DNA of 64,000 nucleotides from Acutalibacteraceae bacterium. Lineage in GTDB: Bacteria; Bacillota; Clostridia; Oscillospirales; Acutalibacteraceae. Numbering within the stretch: the first letter of the stretch is position 1; each line of letters opens with the position of its first letter. Made by a program: the position numbers and the translations under genes. Shown piece after piece: positions 26,435 to 35,202 of this stretch. Location: positions 476 through 64,475 of the forward strand of contig JAZRQE010000043.1 of NCBI GenBank assembly GCA_045649545.1, in the 5' to 3' direction. Under the pieces are notes generated by a model. That model saw only the letters and a list, made by a program, of their open reading frames with translations. It did no database searches and had not been told where the DNA came from.

Positions 26435-28843
26435 ATGTATACAATCAAAGAAATCTATGACCTTATCGGTCAAAAGCTGACACATAATTTCGGCGTTGCA
26501 CCGGCTCAAGCCTCGGACGAGCTTTTTTACAAAGCATCCGTTTTGGCTTTGCTCGATATTATGACCGAACGCCGTGCCGCATTCCGCGAAGATACCTCAA
26601 AACAGGAAAGCAAGATGGTTTACTATCTTTCAATGGAGTTTTTGATGGGTCGTTCATTAAAAAACAACCTTTTCAATATGAAGTTGGATGAGACCTTTAA
26701 AAAGGCTTTGGCAAAATATGACGTAAAGCTCGATAATCTTTATGAATTAGAGCCTGATGCAGGTTTGGGTAATGGCGGTTTGGGTCGTCTTGCCGCTTGC
26801 TTCTTGGACGGTCTTACTACCGGCGGTTATCCTGCAATGGGTTACTGCATTAAGTATGAGTTCGGTATCTTCCGTCAAAAGTTTGCTGACGGTTGGCAAA
26901 CCGAAATGCCTGATTTCTGGCTTCCGGGTGGCAGTTGCTGGTTAGTTCGCCGCGACGGCTCTGCAGTGGATGTTAATTTTGGCGGAAATATTAGAGAAAT
27001 TTGGTGCGACAATTACCACAGTGTTGAACTGGAGAACTGTGATACTGTTCGTGCAGTTCCGTATGACCTTATGGTTGCCGGTGCTGACGGCAGAAGTGTT
27101 AACGTATTAAGACTTTGGAGTTCTGAAACCCCGTCTATCAATATGGCGGCATTTAACCAAGGTGATTATGTCAGAGCTTTGGAGCGTCAGGCTATGGCAG
27201 AGGTTATCAGCAAGGTTTTGTACCCCGAAGATAACCATCCCGAAGGAAAGTCTTTGCGTTTAAGACAACAGTATTTCTTGGTTTCGGCATCTATTCAGGA
27301 TATTTTACAGCGTCATTTACGTAAATACGGCACTTTGGACAATCTCCCCGAAAAGGCGGCTATTCATATCAACGATACACACCCCGCACTTGTTGTACCT
27401 GAACTTATGCGTTATCTTTTGGATGAGTGCGGATATGCTTGGGATAAGGCTTGGGATATTGTTGTGCGTACTACTGCATATACCAACCACACAATTATGC
27501 GTGAGGCTTTGGAGTGCTGGCAGATTGATTTGTTCCGCGGTCTTTTGCCCCGTGTATTCCAGATTGTTACCGAGATTGACAACCGTTTCAGAGCTTCTAT
27601 GTGGGAGAAAACACATGATGCTGATTATGTTGCCCGTACCGCAATTATTGAAGGCGGCGTAGTTAAAATGGCTAACCTTTGTGTTGCCTCCTGCCACAGT
27701 GTTAACGGTGTTTCCAAGTTGCACAGTAATATTATTAAGGATAACCTTTTTAATGATTACTATCGCGTAACTCCTGAAAAGTTTACCAATGTCACCAACG
27801 GTATTGCTTTCAGACGTTGGATTTGTCAGTCTAACCCCGAATTGACCAAGCTCATCACCGAATGTATCGGCGACAAGTTTATTTTGGACAATGCCAAGTT
27901 AAAGGAATTTGAAAAATTCCAGGACGATAAGGCAGTACTCCAGCGTTTGGCCGAAATTAAACACGGCAACAAGGAACGTTTTGCAAAGTATGTTAAGAAT
28001 GAGTATGGAATTATCTTGGATACCAACTCTATTTTTGATATGCAGGTTAAACGCTTGCACGAGTATAAGCGTCAGCATTTAAATGCACTTCACATTATTT
28101 CGGATTATCTGTTTATTAAGGAAAATCCGAATGCAGAATTCACACCTAAAACCTACATTTTCGGTGCCAAGGCTGCCCCCGGTTATCATTTGGCTAAAGA
28201 AATTATTCAGATGATTATCAATCTTTCCAAGGCTATTGAAAATGACCCGCAGGTTAAAGATAAGATTAAGATTGTATTTGTTGAGGATTACCGTGTAACC
28301 TTAGCAGAGCTTATGATTCCGTCGGCTGAAATTTCCGAGCAGATTTCATTGGCTTCGACCGAGGCAAGCGGTACCGGTAATATGAAATTTATGCTTAACG
28401 GTGCTATCACTCTCGGTACAGAAGACGGTGCTAATATCGAGATTCATGAGGCTGTGGGCGATGACAATATTATAATTTTCGGTATGCGTACTCCTGAGGT
28501 TTTGGCGTTGAGGAATCAGTACTATCCCGGCCGTTATTATGACAACAATCCAAAACTTCGCCGTGCTGTTGATTTTATCACCAACGGTATTAACGGGGTA
28601 CAGTTCCCCGCCTTGTCAAAGGCTTTGAGAGATAGTGACTATTATATGGCGTTTGCCGATTTTGAGGATTACTGTGCTGCTCAAAACAAAGCAAGCGAGT
28701 TGTATAAGGATACTGAAAAGTGGAATAAGATGTCACTTATTAACATTGCTAACGCCGGAATATTCTCGGCTGACCGTTCGATTTATGATTATGCAACCAA
28801 TATTTGGAACGCAAAGCCGCTTGACAAACCGACTAAGAAATAA
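26435..28843 (+). CDS. glgP: Glycogen/alpha-glucan phosphorylase
   Basis: 802 aa from ATG 26435 (GGAGGG RBS). EASGTGNMKF PLP-lysine motif. Confidence 0.95.
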   Translation: MYTIKEIYDLIGQKLTHNFGVAPAQASDELFYKASVLALLDIMTERRAAFREDTSKQESKMVYYLSMEFLMGRSLKNNLFNMKLDETFKKALAKYDVKLDNLYELEPDAGLGNGGLGRLAACFLDGLTTGGYPAMGYCIKYEFGIFRQKFADGWQTEMPDFWLPGGSCWLVRRDGSAVDVNFGGNIREIWCDNYHSVELENCDTVRAVPYDLMVAGADGRSVNVLRLWSSETPSINMAAFNQGDYVRALERQAMAEVISKVLYPEDNHPEGKSLRLRQQYFLVSASIQDILQRHLRKYGTLDNLPEKAAIHINDTHPALVVPELMRYLLDECGYAWDKAWDIVVRTTAYTNHTIMREALECWQIDLFRGLLPRVFQIVTEIDNRFRASMWEKTHDADYVARTAIIEGGVVKMANLCVASCHSVNGVSKLHSNIIKDNLFNDYYRVTPEKFTNVTNGIAFRRWICQSNPELTKLITECIGDKFILDNAKLKEFEKFQDDKAVLQRLAEIKHGNKERFAKYVKNEYGIILDTNSIFDMQVKRLHEYKRQHLNALHIISDYLFIKENPNAEFTPKTYIFGAKAAPGYHLAKEIIQMIINLSKAIENDPQVKDKIKIVFVEDYRVTLAELMIPSAEISEQISLASTEASGTGNMKFMLNGAITLGTEDGANIEIHEAVGDDNIIIFGMRTPEVLALRNQYYPGRYYDNNPKLRRAVDFITNGINGVQFPALSKALRDSDYYMAFADFEDYCAAQNKASELYKDTEKWNKMSLINIANAGIFSADRSIYDYATNIWNAKPLDKPTKK

Positions 28844-28951
28844 TTGGCAAATTAAGAAAATAATAAATTTTGCTTGCATTTTGTAAAATCTGTGCTACAA
28901 TGAGTTTACAATCAGGCAACTGAAATATTATCAGACGGAGGTGTATTCCTA

Positions 28952-29122
28952 ATGGCATATAAGATTTCTGACGCTTGCATCAGCTGCGGTGCTTGTGCTG
29001 CACAGTGCCCTGTTGAGGCTATTTCTGAAGGTGATGGACAGTTCGTTATCGATGCAGATACCTGTATTGATTGCGGTGCTTGTGCTGACCAGTGCCCTGT
29101 TGAGGCTATTGCTGAAGCTTAA
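28952..29122 (+). CDS. fdx: 2x[4Fe-4S] clostridial-type ferredoxin
   Basis: 56 aa, MAYKISDACISCGACAAQCPVEAI...CIDCGACADQCPVEAI. GGAGG RBS. Too short for the ORF track. Confidence 0.9.
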   Translation: MAYKISDACISCGACAAQCPVEAISEGDGQFVIDADTCIDCGACADQCPVEAIAEA

Positions 29123-29150
29123 TAGTTTAGCCAAAACATTTAAACTTACA

Positions 29151-29184
29151 TACCCGAGGGGTTACCCTCGGGTATATTTTTTTT
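29151..29184 (+). terminator. Intrinsic terminator after ferredoxin
   Basis: TACCCGAGGG-GTTA-CCCTCGGGTA followed by TATTTTTTTT. Confidence 0.9.
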
Positions 29185-29205
29185 GAGTAAAAAGATTGAC
29201 AAAAA

Positions 29206-29240
29206 TTGTTTATGCACAAACATTGTTAAAACATAAACAA
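29206..29240. promoter_or_regulatory. Tandem palindromes resembling Rex operators upstream of rnfC
   Basis: TTGTTTATGCACAAACA (29206-29222) and TTGTTAAAACATAAACAA (29223-29240), compared with the clostridial Rex consensus TTGTTAA-N4-TTAACAA. They sit next to TTGACA at 29196-29201. Confidence 0.35.
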
Positions 29241-29399
29241 ATATTGTATTTTTGTGCAATATGTGGTAACATATATTTGTTGTAGTATGTAAAAGAGGTA
29301 AAATATAGTTAATAATAACTGTATTGTTTAGGTTTTTACGATTTTTGAGGCAAAATTTTACTGTTTTGCCGTTGAATTGGCATTTAGGAGGAAACGCAA

Positions 29400-30812
29400 A
29401 TGGCAAATCCTGAAGGAATTTTACGCCCGATAAAAAACATTTTCGGCGGAGTGAAATTACCTCATAATAAAGGCACTGCCGAAGCACATTCGGTTGTTAT
29501 GCCGCCGCCTGAAATGGTTGTTATTGCAATGCAACAGCATATAGGTGCCGAGTGTGAGCCTTGTGTCAAAAAGGGTGATACTGTTTGGGTCGGTACTAAA
29601 ATAGGTGACAGTGATTCTGTTATTTCAGCACCTATTCATTCGAGTGTTTCGGGTACGGTTGACAGTATCGGCACGCTGCTTTTGCCGTCGGGCAAAACCT
29701 GTAAAACGGTCGTTATTAATTCTGACGGATTAATGACTCCTGACCCCGAGTTAAAACCGCATACTGTTGAAACAAAAGAACAGTTGGTTGCGGCTGCAAG
29801 GGATTCGGGACTTGTAGGTTTAGGCGGTGCAGGTTTTCCGGCACACGTTAAGCTCAATGTTAACGAAAATACAGCCATTGATACACTTATTGTAAACGGT
29901 GCCGAGTGTGAGCCGTATATTACATCTGACTACCGTGAGTGTGTTGAAAGTACCGATAGTATTTTGGGTGGTATTCTCCTTATTAAAAAAATCCTTGGTA
30001 TTAAAAATGTAATTATTGGCGTTGAAGATAATAAGCCCGAGGCTATTTCCAAATTGCAGAAAATGGCTGAAGATGCTTTAGGTCATACCGTTGGCGTTAA
30101 TTCTACCGACGACGAAAAGGTGCAGGCACTTTATAAAATTGCATCCGACAGTCAGGATGCCGATGATTCGGTTAAACTGATGAGATTGAAATCTCAGTAT
30201 CCGCAGGGTGCTGAAAAGGTGCTTATTTACACAACCACCGGTCGTAAATTGCCGTTGGGCAAGTTGCCGTTGGACGTTGGCTGTTTGGTTATGAATATCA
30301 CCAGTATTTCGTACCTTTACAAGTATATTACAACCGGTATGCCGGTTGTATCGCGTACCGTTACCGTTGCAGGTAACGCCGTAGCAAATCCTCAAAACGT
30401 GGTTGTGCCTATTGGCACCCCGGTTGAAAGTATTATTGAATTCTGCGGCGGATATAAAATGGCGGCAAGAAAGGTTTTATATGGCGGACCGATGATGGGT
30501 AATGCTTTGGTTGATACCAAAATGCCGTTATTAAAACAGAATAACGCTATATTGGCGCTTGGACGCAAGGATGCCGAAAGGTTGACCGAAAATCCGTGTA
30601 TCAGGTGCGGTCGTTGTGCCAACACCTGCCCGATGGCGTTGCAGCCGTTGGAGATTGAGTCGGCACTGCGTATCGGCGATATAGAAAGAGTCAAAGGACT
30701 TTACGCCGATTACTGTATTGAGTGTGGCTGTTGTTCGTATATTTGCCCGTCTAAACGTCATTTAACACAAACAATGCGTTTGGCAAAGGCAGAATTAAGA
30801 AATTTAAAGTAA
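29400..30812 (+). CDS. rnfC: Rnf complex subunit C
   Basis: 470 aa. GGAGFP nucleotide site and two C-terminal CxxCxxCxxxCP clusters. AGGAGG RBS. Confidence 0.9.
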   Translation: MANPEGILRPIKNIFGGVKLPHNKGTAEAHSVVMPPPEMVVIAMQQHIGAECEPCVKKGDTVWVGTKIGDSDSVISAPIHSSVSGTVDSIGTLLLPSGKTCKTVVINSDGLMTPDPELKPHTVETKEQLVAAARDSGLVGLGGAGFPAHVKLNVNENTAIDTLIVNGAECEPYITSDYRECVESTDSILGGILLIKKILGIKNVIIGVEDNKPEAISKLQKMAEDALGHTVGVNSTDDEKVQALYKIASDSQDADDSVKLMRLKSQYPQGAEKVLIYTTTGRKLPLGKLPLDVGCLVMNITSISYLYKYITTGMPVVSRTVTVAGNAVANPQNVVVPIGTPVESIIEFCGGYKMAARKVLYGGPMMGNALVDTKMPLLKQNNAILALGRKDAERLTENPCIRCGRCANTCPMALQPLEIESALRIGDIERVKGLYADYCIECGCCSYICPSKRHLTQTMRLAKAELRNLK

Positions 30813-30824
30813 GGAGGAGTCAGA

Positions 30825-31754
30825 ATGGATAGATTAACAGTTTCAAGTTCACCGCATATAAGACACCAGGACTCCTCTAAAGGTATAATGTTTGATGTCA
30901 TAATTTCGCTCTTACCGTTAACGGTTGCCGCTTGTGTTATGTACGGTTGGTACTCGCTTTTACTTGTGGCGGTAACTGTTGTGGCGGCTGTGCTGTCAGA
31001 GTATATCTGCTGCAAGGTTATGAAGCGAAGAAATTCGATTTATGATTTGTCGGCAGTGGTTACCGGTCTTATTTTGGCACTTAATTTTCCGCCTCATTTA
31101 CCGCTTTGGATGGCGGTTATCGGTAGCGTGATTGCTATAGTTGTCGTAAAAATGATGTTTGGCGGTATTGGTCACAACTTTGCCAATCCCGCTATTACTG
31201 CCCGTATTGCTTTGTTGGTTTCGTTCCCAAGTGCTATGACGGCTTGGGTTGCACCTAAAGGTGCCGAGGTTATTACCGGTGCTACTGATGCCACTTCAAT
31301 GGCAACTCCGCTTACTACCGACGGATATTCTTATACCCAGTTGTTTATGGGTCGAATTCCCGGTTCGTTGGGTGAAACATTTAAGTTTTTGATTGTTTTA
31401 GCATTTTTATATTTGGTTATCCGCCGTGTTATAAGTCCTGTTATCCCGCTTGTTACTGTGGGAACAGTTGCTTTAATGGCGGTCATTTTCGGGCTTGACC
31501 CCTTATATATGATACTTTCAGGCGGACTTTTATTCGGTGCTGTATTTATGGCAACCGACTATGTTACAAGTCCTATAAATTGGAAAGGACATATCATTTA
31601 CGGTGTTGGCATAGGTGCGATTACATTTTTGATTCGACGTTTCGGTTATTTGCCGGAGGGTGTGTCATATGCCATACTTTTGATGAATCTGTTTGTTCCG
31701 TATATTAACAGAATCACGGCTCCCAAGCCCTTTGGATGGGAGGCAAAGAAATGA
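30825..31754 (+). CDS. rnfD: Rnf complex subunit D
   Basis: 309 aa, polytopic. Flavinylation-type SGATDATS-like TGATDATSMATPL motif. Confidence 0.9.
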   Translation: MDRLTVSSSPHIRHQDSSKGIMFDVIISLLPLTVAACVMYGWYSLLLVAVTVVAAVLSEYICCKVMKRRNSIYDLSAVVTGLILALNFPPHLPLWMAVIGSVIAIVVVKMMFGGIGHNFANPAITARIALLVSFPSAMTAWVAPKGAEVITGATDATSMATPLTTDGYSYTQLFMGRIPGSLGETFKFLIVLAFLYLVIRRVISPVIPLVTVGTVALMAVIFGLDPLYMILSGGLLFGAVFMATDYVTSPINWKGHIIYGVGIGAITFLIRRFGYLPEGVSYAILLMNLFVPYINRITAPKPFGWEAKK

Positions 31755-32308
31755 AAAATATTAAAAGTATTATTATAACCACCGTTATTTTAACGGTTAT
31801 TTGTGCTGCTTCTGCAGCAGGCTTGGCAGGTACTAATGCTTTGACCTCGGAACGCATAGCAAAGGCTGAAAAATTGGCAGAGCAAAAAGCTATGTCGAGA
31901 ATTATCAAGGCAGACAACTATACTCAGGCTGTTGTTGTTATTAACGGCGTTCAAAACATTTATTATATTGCCGAAAATGAGAACACTTACGGTTATATTT
32001 TCACATCTTCTCATAACGGTTACGGCGGACCGGTTAAGGTTATGACCGGTGTTGATTCTAATGGCAAGGTTATTGCTATTGAGGTTTTGAGTGCTTCGGA
32101 TGAAACTCCGGGTCTTGGTCAAAACATCACCAAAAAGACCTATTGGGAGAAGTTTAAAGGATTATCCCAAAAGGCAGTTGTTGGAAACAGCGGAAACGTT
32201 GAGGCGGTTACCGGAGCGACATTTTCTTCAAAGGCTGTTGCCGAATGTGTGAATGACGCACTTGATATGTATAAAGCAATAGTTAAGGAGGGTGATAACA
32301 ATGGCTGA
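31751..32308 (+). CDS. rnfG: Rnf complex subunit G
   Basis: 185 aa from ATG 31751 (GGGAGG RBS). N-terminal TM. FMN-attachment TGATFSS motif. Confidence 0.85.
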   Translation: MKNIKSIIITTVILTVICAASAAGLAGTNALTSERIAKAEKLAEQKAMSRIIKADNYTQAVVVINGVQNIYYIAENENTYGYIFTSSHNGYGGPVKVMTGVDSNGKVIAIEVLSASDETPGLGQNITKKTYWEKFKGLSQKAVVGNSGNVEAVTGATFSSKAVAECVNDALDMYKAIVKEGDNNG

Positions 32309-33155
32309 AAGCAGTAAATTATCGACCCTTACTAAAGGAATTGTTAAAGAGAACCCTGTTTTGCGTTTGGTTTTGGGCACCTGCCCGACCTTGGCGATTA
32401 CCACTGCCGCAATTAACGGTATCGGTATGGGTGTTGCTGCAACGTTGGTTCTTATTGGCTCAAATGCCGTAATTTCATTGCTTCGAAATGTTATTCCCGG
32501 AAAGGTAAGAATTCCGGCATTTATCACAATAATTGCCGCATTTGTTTCGATTATTCAGATGCTTGTTAAAGCGTTTTTGCCGAGCATTGATGCTGCCTTG
32601 GGCATATTCTTACCGTTAATCGTTGTTAACTGCATTATTTTAGCAAGAGCAGAAATGTTTGCTTCTAAAAACCCGATTTTACCCAGTATTTTAGATGCTA
32701 TCGGTATGGGCATTGGCTTTACCGCCGCATTAACCTTAATGGGTATGATTCGTGAACTGCTTGGTGCAGGTACAATTTTTGGTCTTGAAATAACCAAAGG
32801 TGCCATAGCACCTATGCTTATTTTCATTCTCCCTCCGGGCGGATTTTTCGTATTTGGTATGTTGGTTGCACTTTCTAACAAGTTGGCAATTAAAATGGGC
32901 AAAAAGCCGGTTAAGAATTTAGGCTGTGGCGGCTGTAACGGTTGTGCAGGTTGTGATTCTTGCGAAACTTTGGGTGAGTCTGCACCGGTTGACGAGGGCG
33001 TCGTTACCAACGCTGATATTGCAAAGCAATTTGGCGAGGAATTTCCTAAAGATGAGCCAACAGTAGGCGTTATCGGTGACGGCGTTACTGATGAAAACGT
33101 CCGTACCGAAGCCGAAAATGTAGACGTGCAAAATAATGATGGAGGTGAGCATTAA
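32301..33155 (+). CDS. rnfE: Rnf complex subunit E with an ~80-aa Cys-rich/acidic C-terminal extension
   Basis: 284 aa from ATG 32301 (GGAGGG RBS). The core (ENPVLRLVLGTCP...) is RnfE. The tail contains CGGCNGCAGCDSC. Confidence 0.85.
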   Translation: MAESSKLSTLTKGIVKENPVLRLVLGTCPTLAITTAAINGIGMGVAATLVLIGSNAVISLLRNVIPGKVRIPAFITIIAAFVSIIQMLVKAFLPSIDAALGIFLPLIVVNCIILARAEMFASKNPILPSILDAIGMGIGFTAALTLMGMIRELLGAGTIFGLEITKGAIAPMLIFILPPGGFFVFGMLVALSNKLAIKMGKKPVKNLGCGGCNGCAGCDSCETLGESAPVDEGVVTNADIAKQFGEEFPKDEPTVGVIGDGVTDENVRTEAENVDVQNNDGGEH

Positions 33156-33745
33156 TGAATGTAACTAACATTATTACCATTGTGCTTGCCGGTATTTTAA
33201 CCGAAAATATGGTGTTGGCAAAGTTTTTGGGAATTTGTCCTTTCTTGGGCGTTTCCAAAAAAACTAATACTGCTGTAAGTATGGGTATTGCCGTAACATT
33301 GGTTATGTTGCTTTCAACTGCGGTTACCTATCCCATTCACCGTTATTTACTGGTTCCCAACGGCTTGGATTACTTGCAGACAATCGTGTTCATTTTGGTA
33401 ATTGCCGCTTTGGTACAGTTGGTTGAGATTGTTTTAAAGAAATATATCCCGCCGCTTTATACCGCTTTGGGTGTTTATTTACCGCTTATTACTACCAATT
33501 GTGCGGTTTTGGGTATTACAATGCTTAACTTCACTAATGCAAGAGTTACTAACTATGTTGAGGCACTGTTTAACTCGTTGGGAGCAGGCTTGGGCTTCTT
33601 ACTCGCAATGTTTATCTTTGCCGGTGTAAGAGGACGTCTTGAAAGCTCTGATATTCCTGAGTCATTAAAGGGTTTGCCGATAACATTGGTTGCGGCGGCT
33701 ATTGTGTCGCTTTCTTTCCTCGGCTTTGCCGGGCTTGTAAAGTAA
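33155..33745 (+). CDS. rnfA: Rnf complex subunit A
   Basis: 196 aa, 6 TM. TAATG overlap with rnfE. Confidence 0.9.
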   Translation: MNVTNIITIVLAGILTENMVLAKFLGICPFLGVSKKTNTAVSMGIAVTLVMLLSTAVTYPIHRYLLVPNGLDYLQTIVFILVIAALVQLVEIVLKKYIPPLYTALGVYLPLITTNCAVLGITMLNFTNARVTNYVEALFNSLGAGLGFLLAMFIFAGVRGRLESSDIPESLKGLPITLVAAAIVSLSFLGFAGLVK

Positions 33746-33759
33746 GGGGGGCGACAAAA

Positions 33760-34548
33760 ATGAATCCTATCTTATTTGCTGTAATTATTGTCGCCGGTAT
33801 TGGCCTTGTTGCAGGTTTGGGTCTTTCTATTGCTTCAATCGTCATGGCGGTCAAGGTTGACGAAACAGTTGAAAAATTACGTGCCGAATTGCCGGGTGCT
33901 AACTGCGGTGCTTGCGGATACTCTGGTTGTGACGGCTACGCCGAAGCATTGGCTAAAGGCGAGACCAAACCCGGTCTTTGTGCTCCGGGCGGTGTTGAAT
34001 GTAATAATAAATTGGGCGAGATTTTGGGCGTCAGTGTCGAAATGGCAGAACCGTTGGTTGCTACCGTTAAGTGCAACGGCAGTTGCGACCACGTTGGCAA
34101 TAAAATGAATTATTTCGGCGTTTCAACATGTCAAGCCGCTAATATGCTTTATGCCGGCACCTCGGAATGTAATTTCGGTTGCTTAGGTTTTGGTGACTGT
34201 CAGCGGGCGTGTCATTACGGTGCGATTGAGGTTATCAACGGCAAGGCGGTTATAGACCCCGAGCAGTGTACTGCTTGTACGGCGTGTGCATCAACCTGTC
34301 CTAAAGGTATTATTGAAATGATGCCGAAAGAAAAGGTATATGCTAAGGTGCTTTGCTCCAATAAGGATAAGGGCGCTGTTGCACGCAAGATTTGTGAGGT
34401 TGCGTGTATCGCTTGCGGCAAGTGTAAAAAGGCTTGCGAGTATGATGCTGTTATTGTCGAGGATAATTTGGCACGTATTAGTCCCGAAAAGTGTGTAGCT
34501 TGCGGTGCTTGTGTTGAAGCTTGTCCGATGAAATGTATCGCAATATAA
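33760..34548 (+). CDS. rnfB: Rnf complex subunit B (polyferredoxin)
   Basis: 262 aa. N-terminal [11 protein letters not shown] motif and several CxxCxxCxxxCP clusters. Confidence 0.88.
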   Translation: MNPILFAVIIVAGIGLVAGLGLSIASIVMAVKVDETVEKLRAELPGANCGACGYSGCDGYAEALAKGETKPGLCAPGGVECNNKLGEILGVSVEMAEPLVATVKCNGSCDHVGNKMNYFGVSTCQAANMLYAGTSECNFGCLGFGDCQRACHYGAIEVINGKAVIDPEQCTACTACASTCPKGIIEMMPKEKVYAKVLCSNKDKGAVARKICEVACIACGKCKKACEYDAVIVEDNLARISPEKCVACGACVEACPMKCIAI

Positions 34549-34730
34549 GTAAGAGTTTTGGCTTCAAGAAAAAAACTCTTTACTTTTTAAAAACTTTGTG
34601 TTATAATGCTTCAAGTCGGCGTATGTGCCGGTGGAAATACCGTTTTCTGAGTTTGGGGAGTAAGCCCTTCTGGGAGTTCACCAACCCTTTACTCGGGAAC
34701 TGGCTTAAAATTATAGAAAGGGTGAAAACA

Positions 34731-34994
34731 ATGCTTAAGGAAGAAAAGAATCAGATTATTGCTGAGTACGCTACTCACGATGGTGACACCGGTTCTCCGG
34801 AAGTTCAGATTGCTGTTCTTACTCGTCGTATTAACGACTTAACCGAGCATTTGAAGGCTAACAACCACGACCATCATTCTCGTCGCGGTTTGCTTAAAAT
34901 GGTTGGTCACAGACGTAATCTCTTGGCTTACTTGCAGAAGAAGGATATCGAAAGATACCGTTCTATCGTTGCAAGACTTGGCTTGCGTAAGTAA
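34731..34994 (+). CDS. rpsO: 30S ribosomal protein S15
   Basis: 87 aa. [25 protein letters not shown]...[13 protein letters not shown]. Confidence 0.95.
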   Translation: MLKEEKNQIIAEYATHDGDTGSPEVQIAVLTRRINDLTEHLKANNHDHHSRRGLLKMVGHRRNLLAYLQKKDIERYRSIVARLGLRK

Positions 34995-35004
34995 TCGCAT
35001 TATC

Positions 35005-35046
35005 AGCCGGTTGAGGTTTCTCAACCGGCTTGATTTACTTTTTTAA
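35005..35046 (+). terminator. Intrinsic terminator after rpsO
   Basis: AGCCGGTTGAG-GTTT-CTCAACCGGCT followed by TGATTTACTTTTTT. Confidence 0.8.
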
Positions 35047-35202
35047 AGGTTTTAAAAAGACAAAAAAACAGTGTAATTTACGGGGAAGTGTGCTGATTTT
35101 AGCAGTTGTTCGGGTGGTTGAATTTTTTTGTTTGACCGTTGGAACTATTGCTAAAGTACGCACCCCCGTGAAAATATAAAAATTTTATGGAAGGTGTAAA
35201 AA

